Source: Neoconidiobolus thromboides FSU 785 (lineage: Eukaryota; Fungi; Entomophthoromycota). From it: a stretch of DNA of 64,000 nt. The stretch is taken from contig MU626314.1 of NCBI GenBank assembly GCA_025603075.1, positions 51,523-115,522 on the forward strand, read 5' to 3'. Below are positions 38,450 to 50,401 of this stretch, piece after piece (the first letter of the stretch is position 1; every line of letters starts with the position of its first letter). The position numbers and the translations under genes are program-made. Below the pieces are notes generated by a model, which saw only the letters and a program-made list of their open reading frames with translations, made no database searches and was not told the origin of the DNA.

Positions 38450-40000
38450 TTATAATCCCTTATTGAAATAAAGCTGTCTTTCTTTAGTAAGTGTTTTAAA
38501 CTCCGATTCAAGCTTCTCAATGGAAATTGGAGATCTTTGTGGGAATACAGCAATAGCTGCTGGTAAAGCAGTGAGTAAAGATGCTGCTACCAAAGCTAAA
38601 CAACGGTTATTAGATCAGCAATAAAATTAATAATATCCTATCTTGCCTGCATTAATTGGTATAAATAATCTTGGATTATTTTTTAAAAAGCTCTTTTTTT
38701 CTAGTACACTTAAAATCATTGGTGGCTAATAATACGATTAGTTATTGTTTAAAAGGTGATTTATATAAGCCTACTAATAATAATGCAGGAAAAGCTAATG
38801 ATTAAATAAATTCTAGTATTTAATAATAATAATAATAATAATAATTTAATTTTACCTGTTAAAACCCTTGATACAGCAACCTAAGAAGATATAAATAACC
38901 ATTGTTAAAATATAATTCAATAAACTTACTTGGCCAATAGCATGAGCCCCAGCAACTTTAGACTTACCAACGATATTACCATCTTTGTCATAAACATGAA
39001 TCCCTTCACTATAGAAACCAATTAATTTTTAATACGTTTTATATAAAAAACATAATAAAACCATTACACAATCTCTTTTCCTCTCATTAACATGACATTC
39101 AAAGAAGAAGCGGTAGCAACAGAAGCAAATGGTACGCATTTGTTTAATATACTAGCTGTTGCTGGACTAAATTTACTTCTTTTTACTAAAGCAGTCAAAC
39201 CTAGGGCCATAGAAACAGAAGCTAATTATATTGAAAAAACATTAATTTAGTTCCAATTTTAATTATAAAAAACAATATTAATAGTATTTACCAAAAACAG
39301 CACAACCGTAAGCAAACCCAGTTTCTTGTAAGGACATAGGTACACTTTTATTTGCGTTAGCCCACTAATTTTTTAGTTAGGATTTGCTTATATTTTAATA
39401 TAATGATTATAATATAAATGAAATAACTCACATTAATAGCTACATTACAAGATTGATTTGCCCATTGCCAAAATATAATACCAGCAGTAGTTGGATTGGG
39501 TAATAATAAACCAACGGTTACTATCAAATTGGTCTAGTTGTTTATTAGTTATGATAATAGTAATAAAACATTGTAGATAACAAAACATTATATACTAACT
39601 AAATAACTTACAGGTACAAAACTGGCCATTCTAAAAGGTAAAAAAATAATTTCTTTAGTATCTGGATGAATGGAAGAATCTACTATTTTTTTTGCTTTCC
39701 ATAATTTTTCAACATCTATTTCAGTATTAATCCCTTGTTGATAGTCATCAACTAATTTTTGACTATCTAATATTTGTTGTTTTGAAGCTAATAAATTCCT
39801 TTAAAGTGGGATTTAATTTTCTTGTTACTGATTGTGAAGATGTATGTTACTTGGGATTAGTCACATCGATAAAATGTTTTAATCTTCCTAGAAAAGTAGC
39901 TTGAGAATATCTAGGTTGGGCTAAAGATTGAGTAAGTATGATTTGCTTTTTTATTAAGGATAAGCTTAAGCTTACTTAAATCTATACGTTCTGCTTCCAT
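38450..40000 (-). CDS. FSF1: Sideroflexin (mitochondrial carrier, SFXN/Fsf1), multi-exon
   Basis: [28 protein letters not shown]...[28 protein letters not shown] and LYFNKGL*. Confidence 0.93.
38821..38845. repeat. (AAT)n microsatellite in a sideroflexin intron
   Basis: taataataataataataataataat. Confidence 0.9.
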
Positions 40001-40176
40001 TTTAATTTGATAGTAACTTAATAAAACTATCAAAATTTATACTTTTATATGATTTTTTTTATAAAAGTATCATTGGCTCTGTTTTATCTTCAAAAGAAGG
40101 ATAAACTTTAAGATAAAAAAGATAAAAAGAGTATCCTTTTTTAAATAAACATTACAATAAATTAAATTAGATTAAA

Positions 40177-40338
40177 ATGGATCCAAAGGAAACAACTAAA
40201 GAAGCGACTAAATTAAACCCATGTCAAGTCCAGGAATTAAAAGAATGTTTAGATAAACATAATGGCGATATGACCCAATGCCAACATTTAATTCAACAAT
40301 TTAAAAGTTGTTCCAAAAAATCATTAGAAAATAAATAA
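40177..40338 (+). CDS. Small CHCH / twin-Cys mitochondrial intermembrane-space protein (CMC4/Mix17-like), 53 aa; below the ORF-track cutoff
   Basis: MDPKETTKEATKLNPCQVQELKECLDKHNGDMTQCQHLIQQFKSCSKKSLENK*, i.e. CX7C-X10-CX9C. Confidence 0.75.
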   Translation: MDPKETTKEATKLNPCQVQELKECLDKHNGDMTQCQHLIQQFKSCSKKSLENK

Positions 40339-40441
40339 ACAATAGTTTTGTTGATAACCTCCACCATTTATTACTTTAAAATATATATACTATATAATTT
40401 AATAACTTGAATAAATTTTATTATAATTAAATACATTCATC

Positions 40442-42044
40442 TTAATCTTCTTCGATATCTTCTGAGGAATCCTCTTCTCCTTGTGAAGACTCATCTAATG
40501 GTTTTTGAACCGACCTTTGATTCCATAACAAGCATCTGTTTAATGAATTAAACCAGTCTTTTGATTGAGTACCTTCTGCACAAACAGTAGGAAAAGGAAA
40601 TTTAGATGCAACAACTCTAATAAAATCACCTCTCGAAAGTTCAACTCTACCCCTACCATCGAAAGAAGCCCAAGCTGTGCCTCTTGAACTAAAAGGTACA
40701 CAAATGCACAAAGTAATGGAATCTGGTAATAGCATGGGTCTAAAAGAAAGTGAATGTGGACAAATTGGAGATATTAATAAAGCTGGTATTTCTGGATGAA
40801 CTAACGAACCCCCTGCAGCTAACGAATAAGCAGTTGAACCAGTTGGTGTAGCCACAGTTAAACCATCTGCTTGTACAGTAGTTAAATACTCTCCATCCCC
40901 AAATAATTCTAATTGGGACATAAAAGGGGAGGGTCCCCTATCAACTACCAAATCATTTAAAATTTCATAAGTCATACCTTCAATAAAACCTTTATAGCCA
41001 AATTCACTACGAAATGGACTTGTTATGGCTATTTCTTCTTCTTCGGTATCTATAGTTGCATCTCCAAATAATAAACTAGCATGAGATTTTAAGTTTTTGG
41101 CTTTCTTATAATTACCATTTGAAGAACACACTCTGGATAATGGAGCTGAACTTAAAGTATCATATTTGAATATAGTACAACTGAATCGCATTCTCATATT
41201 AATACGCACCCCCTCTTCTAAAGATTGTTGAATCATATTACGATGTTGATTAAAATCAAAAGTGGTTAAAAAACCTAATGAACCTAAATGGAATGGCATA
41301 ACTGAAGGTACAATTTTTTGAAATAGCCAGGATGTATATAATACGGTTCCATCGCCACCTAAAGTTATTACCAAATCAAATAATTCTGGGGAAGATGCTA
41401 CTAGTTCGGGTGTCCAACAATTTAACTTTACTGATGGATTGACTATCTTTTGAGTTAATGAATTAAATCTAAAACGCTTCGATTTTTCTAAATGTTTATC
41501 AACATATCTAAAATAATCAAATATTAGTTCAATAAGCTGCAGTTCTATTTAATATTTTTTTATACTTACACTGTCATCCCTTTTGTAGAACCAAGCTTAA
41601 TATCTAATAATAAATATTCTACCAAATCTCTAGCTAACTTAATCAATTTTTTATCACCAGGTTTAGTCACAACTAATATTGATTTTGGATTATTAAACTT
41701 TATTCTCTTTTTGGCTGATAAAAAAAGGTTATAAGTAAAAAGAGAATATAAATAATTTGATAAAGCTTACCCAATTTTTTGGACACCAATCTAACTGCTA
41801 CTGCCGTTCTAGCTAATTCTGAAGCATCTTGACTTTGTTTCATGGATAATTTACGAAATTTAGACATTTTATTGGAGGGGTCAAGCAAAGCATGGATCAA
41901 ACACGGGTTATCTTCATCATATAAGTCATCTTGTAAATCTGTTGTGATTATATTGTTCGTTATCTCTGTATCATTGAGTTCTAAATTTTCTAACTTTCTA
42001 TTGAGCTGATAACCCAACAGCTGATTGTCTTTGAGAATGCTCAT
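40442..42044 (-). CDS. NADK: ATP-NAD(H) kinase (Utr1/Yef1-like), multi-exon
   Basis: LGGDGT, GSLGFL, NDLVVDRG, VQADGLTVATPTGSTAYSLAAGG and PICPHSLSFRP. Confidence 0.95.
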
Positions 42045-42412
42045 TATTTGTTGCTGGCTGAGAAGAATGTAGAGTATAAAATAGTAAATTAGTAAAAAAT
42101 AAGTATAAAATATGAGAATGAATGTTTAACTTATTTCAAGTCTATTCATAAATTCTGTTAAAATGTATTTAGTTTTATTGGATTAGGGGTTACCTTTAAA
42201 TTTAGGATTAATTAAGTTATATGGCTAATTTTTGTTCTCAGATTTGTAATCATTTCTAAATTATTCCTTTTTTATGTTTTAAAATTATATAATGATCGAA
42301 AAATTATAAAATTCAAATCGAATATTCAAGTTTTTATTAAAGAGATAAGATTATCATACTTATAAGACAATATTTAAGAGTGTGATAATAATAAAAATAA
42401 ATACTATAAAAA

Positions 42413-42505
42413 TTTCATTTTCATTTTATTTTTATTTTATTTTCATTTTATTTTTATTTTATTTTCATTTTATTTTTATTTTATTTTTATTTTATTTTTA
42501 TTTTC
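42413..42505. repeat. (TTTTA/TTTTTA/TTTTCA)n low-complexity tandem repeat upstream of NAD kinase
   Basis: About 90 bp of short T-rich units visible directly. Confidence 0.85.
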
Positions 42506-43259
42506 AAAACTATAAAATATTAAAACTGAAATCTTAAAGGCTAAACTTACATCTAAATCACCGTTTTAAAATTTTAATGTAAAGTGACTTTAATTAAGAA
42601 AAACTATTTTAATTAAGCTATATCACAATTTTGAACAGATAACGCTATCACCTATCACTAACAAATCAATTACATTCAATTCAAAACTGATATCCACATG
42701 GTAACTTTATCTATTAAGGGATGAAGTTTTTAAGGGATAATATTATGTTTTAATAATTTCACTATAATTAAAATCAAAAATGGGATTATCACATTTGTTA
42801 ACTTGTTTTTTATTTATATGATGACTATATATATTATGCTATTTATTTATTCTAATCTTATCTTTTTAAGTTGGCTTAGATAATAATAGATAATATAATT
42901 TGTAACATTTATTCAAACAAAGAGGTTATTTTTGTATATAAATATTTCATATGCTGCTAATGAAGGTAATATGATAATATTTAATTAAAAACTTTGTTAG
43001 GGCAAATAACCATAGTTATAAAACAACATCATCATAAATACACGAAATTTAAACAATAGTTATGATATAAAAGAATCTTTTTTATACATTTTTCTTATTT
43101 TAACTCTATATTTTATACCATCAGCTTATTTTTAACTTATTTCAATAATATAAAAAAATTAGCTTAAAACAATAAAGATAAGTCTTTTTCCTGTTCATTA
43201 AAAAAACATATTTATTCTAATTAAGAAACTATCTATTTTCCCTCTATATTTCTTTCTTT

Positions 43260-45389
43260 TTATTCTAGCAACCTAGCTTCTGCCAACTCTTTAACTAACT
43301 TTCTATTAGCTTTAGATACTTCTAAATCTCCATTATTTCTCTGCCATTTTTTGTTTAATCTATATTTAGATCTTTCAATATTCTTTTCTTTTAAACTAGG
43401 AATTGAATCTAATACAATGGGTTTTAAATCAATCCTATCAAATCTATGTAAATTATTATATAATTGTTTAAATTGGGATAATTTTAATTGTTTTCCAATG
43501 GAAGCGTCTTTACTTGCTGAAGTTAAAATGTGTATACTTAATTCAAGTTCATTAAGGCTAATAAATTTTAGTCAAATATTATTATTAAATAAATACAAAA
43601 AACCTACTTTGAAAACCCATTAATTAAAGTGCGATAAATATTTAATAACAACTGTTCATTAATATTATTTTGTTTCATATATTCTTTCTTTTCAATAAAA
43701 GAAAGTGTGGATTTTGGCTCTAATGGTTTTAATATTTTATCAATTATTTGATATAATTCAATACATTTCTCTTTTTTTTTAAGTTCAAAACATAAATTTA
43801 ATATTTGGTTTATAATATAAAGATTCTTATCTTTATCTTTATAACTATTAAAGATTTCCATTGCTCTTTCATAATTTCCATAATTTGTTTGGACTGCTAA
43901 AAAGGAAGTTATTAATTTTGAAATATATTCATTATTGTTATCAATAATATAATAATTCATATACCAATCCATTAAGTTTTCAACTTCTAAAACCGCATGT
44001 TTACTATCCTTTGGTAATTTATTATTTAATAAGTCAATGACTTCTTCTGTTGATAATATTTTATTTTCCTTTATAAATTGATTTTCTCTTTTAAATTTGG
44101 AATAATAAGTTGAATAAGTAAATAATAATAGCGATAATGGCATTTGAATTTCTCTTGGGTTTAAATTTAATTGTAATATTTTACTAAATAATTTACGAGC
44201 ATAATCTAATTGTTTGGATCTTCTAGCATTCATTAATAATCCTATATATGTATGTACATTAGTTTGCAATCCTTTTTCTTTGATTTGATCTAATAATTTT
44301 AATGCCTCATTATAATACTCTTTATTAGTAGAACAAGCCAAAATTAAATTATTTAATGCAACTAAGTTTGGTTCAATTCCTTCTTCTTTCATTAATTCAA
44401 ATAAATTGAATGCTTTCTCAACCATGTTTTGTTTAGCACATACATTAATCATATAAGAATAAGACACTACATCTGGTTGATATAAATTCAATCTCATATG
44501 ATCAAATGTTTTCCATGCTCTTTCATATTCACCTGCATTAACACAACTTACAATTAAATTGATCATTATATGTTTGGTTATATTATATCCTTTACTTTTC
44601 ATGATTTGATAAACATCAAAAGCATCATCAACTCGTCCTAATTTAGCATACATTTTAACTAATACAAAATATGTTCGATCATACGGTTCTAAACATTCTT
44701 CTTTTATCTTTTTGAAGTATTTGATACAATTCTCGAGATCTTCCTTATTAGAATATAAATCCATAATACAAGTATAGGTTTTTTCATTAATTTTAATCCC
44801 TTTTTGTTCCATCAGATCTAAAGTTAATAAACTTGCTTCTTCATTCTTCTGTTGAGAAAACAAATATAATAATTCATGGATTAATACTAAAGAGATGTTT
44901 TTTTTGTTTTTAATTTGGGCTAATAAATTCAGCTTCTCATTCACTTTTTCAATACTCCATCTTTCTTCTTTATCAAGTCCTAATTCTTGAATCATTTGTT
45001 TTAAACTATCTTCATTCTCTTGTTTTGTTGATTTTAATTTTTCGGATGGAAATAATTCTTTATACATTGCATCTAGCTCTTCTTCAGTTATGGATTCTAT
45101 ATCCTATATTTAAGTGTTAGTATTTAAACAAAACATTATTATTATTATTTACTTTATCATTCATCATTTTTTGTTGTAATAACATTTGTTTTTCCATTTC
45201 ATTACTCATTATTACATTATTTGAGTTATCTTCTATTGATTTTGATAATACTTTTGTATCTTTATTCTCTTTAGTTGTGTATTGTTTTATCCATCTTGTG
45301 TTGTTACTTAATAATATTCTTTTATTGGTTTTTAATAGATTGTTGGTTATATTCTTTGCTAAGTTCAATTTAATTAATTTGGATACCAT
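43260..45389 (-). CDS. Mitochondrial pentatricopeptide-repeat protein (Ccm1-like), 3 exons
   Basis: Presequence-like N-terminus and 35-aa PPR repeats, e.g. TYFVLVKMYAKLGRVDDAFDVYQIMKSKG and SYSYMINVCAKQNMVEKAFNLFELMKEEGIEPN. Confidence 0.88.
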
Positions 45390-45786
45390 TGTTAAAGAAT
45401 ACTTTTAAATTTATCTAAAAATTGAGTTTTTTAAAAGATTATTTTTACTCAGTTTTATACTGACTTTTAATTGGCTTTTAATTTTACCACTATTTGAAGT
45501 TGAATTTAATAAGTTAAATAATAAAGTAGAATATTAAAAATATTAAAAATGTTAAATATAATATTATTCTATAAACCATATGTCAATTTATTATAATTAT
45601 TTATGAAAACAATAAGACGACGTCATTAATTAGTATCCTTTTATCTATTTGTTTTTAAATTTTGTTATTTTTATTTTTAGTTCATTAAACTACAGCTTTT
45701 TTTAACTTTCTATAATTGGTTAAATTTCTTTATTTTTTATAAAATTCAAAAGCAATTTATTTAAAAATATAATAAAATATAATAAA

Positions 45787-47939
45787 ATGCCGAGAGAAAC
45801 AAGGAATAAAGGTAAACCAACAAAGAAAGCTAAACCAGTAGTGAATAAAGGTAAATATTATTATTTTTGGATCTATGAAGAGAAAAGAAAGATTACTATA
45901 CTAAAACTTCTTTTTTATCAAAATGAAATGAATAGAATGAAGATTAATAAAAATGTTTTATATAGAGGCATTAGCTGCTAAAAAAAAAGCAAGATTAATA
46001 AAAAAAGAATTGATAAAGAAAGGGAAAATAAGTATTATTATTATATCTTATAGACTAATTTTAAATATTAATTTAATATTCATAGTTATTAATAAATTTA
46101 CTAAAAAAATTCATGGTTTTAAAATCCAACATTCACGTTCTCAGTTCCTACGTAATATTCGTCATCCAAGTACTTTAAAATATTTTAGTGATCCAACTGA
46201 TTGGAAGTTATATCCTATTAGTAATGTAAATAAAGGAACCCAACTTCCTGTTATTATTGATACTAGTATTATTGATAAAGGTAGTTTTTTTACTTTTTTA
46301 TTAATAAGATGAATAGTTTATTAATAATTAAAAACATAGAAATTAAACCTATACCAGAATATAATGAAGATGAGGTACCAAATCCAGCGGTAAATGTTTA
46401 CTTTATTAATTTCTCTTATTTTATTAAATAATATTACAAATATAGAGGACAAGAACAACAGCTACATGTAAAGGGTGTAAAAAAAGAATTTATTTTCGAA
46501 ATTTTACTAAACACCATAGTAATATTAAATTTTATTTATTATTATTTATTATTATTTATTATTATTTAATTTAGAGTTATGTAAAAAAACTAAAGGACGC
46601 TTCTTAAATCCTAATCTCAGTTTAAATAGAGTAAAATCAGAAGGTGATAATCAAAGTCTAAAACCTAGATTATCCAATACAAGTAAAAAAATGAGTAAAA
46701 ATGGGAAGGAGATAAACGAAAATAAAAAACATGTCAAGCCTATAAAAGAACATGGAGAGAATAAAAAATTATTAAAAGCAACAAAAAATGAAGTTGAAAA
46801 TAAAAAATTAAATAAATTAATTCATGAGGATATTATTGAAGATTTGGAATCTTCTCCAGTTCCTGAAGAATCTAAAGGTAAGTTTATATTTTTATTTATC
46901 TGAATGATTTAATAATTGAATTTCTATTTACTTTAGCTCGTCGTACACGTTCCAAAACCAATCATATACAAGATTCAAAAACAATACCCACTATAGCTAT
47001 AACAAAAGCAGATAATTTTAATGAACTATCAAACAAAACAAAAGAAGAATCAGTAGTAACAGATACTAATTCTTTGTTGCCAGAAAGTATAATTACAAAC
47101 ACCAGTAAATCACGAGGAAATAAAAAAGATAGCAACAATAATGAATCTAAAGAAAATAAAAAAAAGATGGGAAAACAAAAGAAGGAAAAAAATAAAGTTA
47201 AAGGTAAACATCATAATTTAGTTTTCAAATATAGCATATTTAATCATTATCTTTTTTATATAAATAGAAAAACCAGTATTAGATTTAGATAAACATTGTG
47301 GAGTATTAGGAGCCAATGGACAAGCGTGTATGCGATTAATTACATGTAAAGCCCATACAGTAGTACTAAAAAAAGCAGTGTTTGGACGCTCAAAAACGTA
47401 TCAAGAATTAGTAGCTTTACATCAAAAAAATAACGCTAAAATAAAAGGTAAGTAAAAATCAAATTGCTGATTGTTTAAATCATTAAATATATTTAATATT
47501 TTTAGCTGAAAATTTAGCCCAAAAAGCAGGTATGGCAGCCAAGGAAGCCAGTCAACATTTGCATGATCATGATAACTCTTCATATCCCCATAATAGTAAT
47601 AAAAGAAGACGTTCCTTTGGAGAAAGTAGTGACTTTGACTCTGATCTAGAATGTGATACCATCTTAAAAGCAATTAAACTTACAACTAAAAAACCAATGA
47701 TAGCATATCATCGAGTGCCTCTATTAAAAACATATCAATTAAAACGATGTCAAACAATGATGCAAAGGGATATTTATGATAAATTACATCCACCTGAAAT
47801 GGATAATGAAGGAAAAGGGGAGCAGCTAGATATCGTTGATGGAGATAATGGGACGGATAATTTTGTTAATGATATGGGTTTCAATAAGGGGATGGAAGGA
47901 GTAAGTGTAAATTATAGTAATAAATTATTAGATAGCTAA
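45787..47939 (+). CDS. SGF73: SAGA deubiquitinase module subunit Sgf73/ataxin-7-like, multi-exon
   Basis: N-terminal zinc finger CKGCKK...HHKLC and SCA7 domain LDLDKHCGVL...CMRLITCKAH...KKAVFGRSKTY. Confidence 0.85.
46530..46568. repeat. 10-bp tandem repeat (ttatttatta)n in an SGF73 intron
   Basis: tttatttattattatttattattatttattattattt. Confidence 0.8.
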
Positions 47940-48381
47940 TTATTTGATTTTGCATAGAAACCATTTAGTATTAATAATTATAAGCCAAATGGAATGAATT
48001 TTAATCAAAATGGGAGGAGATAAATTAAATGGATAGTTAACTTCTATTTCGGATGATAGTGTTTGTTGCTAGCAGTTTTTAATTGAAGTGTGAATTTATT
48101 TCGCTGGTTTTAGTGACTGATAATACAGTGTGTTAGAGGATTTTATTAATTATTTTTTAAAGTCGTTTATGTTAAATAGCAAAGTAAAGTTTTCCGTAGC
48201 TTAATGGGGGGTTAACTTACTTTTTCAATAAATTATGAAGTTTTAAATTTTATTATTGAAATTTTATTACATATTATTTTATAAATACCCAGTTATGAGA
48301 TTAAAAACTAACAATAACATTATAAAAAACTGGAAAAGATGTAATTTAAATATGTGTAAAAAATGTTTTGATCAGATACAT

Positions 48382-48453
48382 GGTTCCATGGTGTAATGGT
48401 TAGCACACAAGGTTTTGATCCTTGTGATCCGAGTTCGATTCTCGGTGGGACCT
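48382..48453 (+). tRNA. tRNA-Gln: tRNA-Gln (TTG), intronless
   Basis: Acceptor GGTTCCA/TGGGACC, anticodon stem CAAGG/CCTTG with loop TT-TTG-AT, T arm CCGAG-TTCGATT-CTCGG. Followed by TTTT. Confidence 0.97.
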
Positions 48454-48522
48454 TTTAGATTTTGTTTTAAGTGAAGGAGCAATTCTTCACACCTAACCAT
48501 AATTTTTCTAATTAATCAATAT

Positions 48523-48600
48523 GAGGTATGTTTTTTTAGCTTCACTTTTTATTTTTCAAGTGCTATTTGAGTAGAAAAGTTGTTAAAATTCTCGAAAAAA
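48523..48600 (+). mobile_element. MITE copy H, degenerate, right end lost
   Basis: atat|gaggtatgtttttttagcttcac...tcaagtgctatttgagtagaaaagttgttaaaatt. Confidence 0.65.
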
Positions 48601-48753
48601 ATTGAGGTTTGAATAAAATATGTGGGTGTACTTTTTTTACGACAAAGCTTTACTTAGGTGTTATTAAAAATAAGATAAATCTTGTCCTGTGTTTAGATCT
48701 ATTAGTTTTAATTTCACAATAACTGAAGTATAACCGATATTTTTAATATATAT

Positions 48754-48850
48754 GGGGCTGTTTTTTTTAGTTTTATTATTTTTCCATTTTTTAAGCGCTA
48801 TTTGAGTGGAAAGATTATAGTAAAATTCTTAAACAAAAAAGTACATCCCC
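48754..48850 (+). mobile_element. MITE copy I
   Basis: atat|ggggctgtttttt...aagcgctatttgagtgg...gtacatcccc|atat. Confidence 0.87.
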
Positions 48851-49284
48851 ATATACTAATTTTTTCTATGCATTTTAATCCACAGTAAAATATAAAAGTA
48901 AAACATCTAAGATATTAAATATAGGCCCTTTTTCTACGGTACCCTGTACATATAAGCTTGTTACTAGGACTTTAGTGTCCTAAGACCGATTTGTACATTG
49001 AAGAAATAGCTTATTGTGGATATATTGTATTTTAATAGTTATTTTGATTTTAAAGTAAAAAACAATTTATCACTGTTTTTAATTTTTGTGTGCAATTTAG
49101 TTCCAACATTCAAGCTAATGAATAAACTTTAATATTAATTTCAAATAGGTAAAACTTTATCTTTTTCTATTTTATCTAAGTAAAATTTTGATATCCAAGG
49201 TACATACAACAAATTAAATAATTACAACTACATAACGCAAGTATCAATCTAAATGTATATTTTGTATTGTAAAAAAATCAAATA

Positions 49285-50401
49285 ATGAAAGAGAGCAAGT
49301 TAAATTTAAATAAATTCCATATTAATAAAAGCAAACAAAATCAATATGAATGTAACTTTAAAAATTGTAATAAGTCATATGCTTTTAAGTCGAATTTAAA
49401 TAGGCATTATAACATACATCATGATATAGGTAAATTAAATTACGACAATAGAAAATAAGTCAATGATTAATTTATTATAAATAAAGTTAGAAAAGAAGAT
49501 ACTTCTAAGCATAGAAAGCACAAAAACAAAGCTAAAATAAAGGAAGAATTAATCAGCATAGATATTAAACAGGAAGACCGACTTGATGAGCAAATAGTAC
49601 GTGAAGGCCAAGGTGACTTGAATATTAATCTATCTGATAAAATTATAAAAGTAGAGGATCGTCTTGTTTATAGAGAGAAATTACTGAATAAGTATGTAAA
49701 GTATGAAGAGCAATTAGTTTTGGAATCTAACTCAATAAAAAAATATATGAAAGTTCAAAAAAGCCCAATTCCAAAGGATGATCCATCTTACAAAACTCGA
49801 TTTAAATGTGTTTTTGAAAATTGCAGTAAATCTTATTCAAGAAAAAATGATTTAAAAGTTCATTTTATTAATAAACATGGGCCAGGTAAGCAAAATTTCC
49901 ATGTATATAAAATTTAGCTAATATTTTTAAAATGTAGTGGGTAAAAGGAGTACTTTCAAATGTATTATGTATAATGATAGGTCTGATTTTGTATATAAAG
50001 AGCCTAATAAGCTTGAAAAAGATATGGACCAAAGAACTTTAAATAAAGAAGAACTCGATGAACGGTTAGGATATCAGTATCAACCTGCTAAAAAAGATGA
50101 GATATCTCAAGAAAGTACAGAAAATAATAAGCAGTATTATTTAAGAGAAATGCAGCCTAGTAAACGTACAAAATATCAAGGGCAATCAATTTTGAAAATT
50201 AGTTTACCTAATAGTCATATCAAACTACCCAAACCAAAATTCAAATTTATAGTTGATAAAATAAAACATAAGCTCAATCCAGTTTTGGAGCGTGATCCAT
50301 ATAGTGAACATATTAAGCTTCCTAAACCAAAGATTAGATTTATAATTAATAAAGAAAGAGCAACATTGCCATGTAGAAATTTAAAAGATAGTTTAAATTA
50401 A
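49285..50401 (+). CDS. C2H2 zinc-finger protein (two fingers), 3 exons; possible 43-aa extension beyond the stop
   Basis: YECNFKNCNKSYAFKSNLNRHYNIHH and FKCVFENCSKSYSRKNDLKVHFINKH. Internal duplication HIKLPKPKFKFI / HIKLPKPKIRFI. Confidence 0.75.

Noticed and set aside
42630-42740. Cluster of GATA motifs upstream of NAD kinase
   Set aside because: GATA hexamers are frequent by chance at this AT content, and there is no independent support.
48960-49000. Hairpin taggac-tttagt-gtccta as a Helitron 3' end
   Set aside because: No CTRR terminus at the expected distance and no second copy in the window.
50399-50401. Genome-wide stop-codon reassignment
   Set aside because: Conserved genes (RPL22, COX5, sideroflexin, CCT4) end at TAA or TAG exactly where their homologues end, and I found no in-frame stops inside conserved exons.
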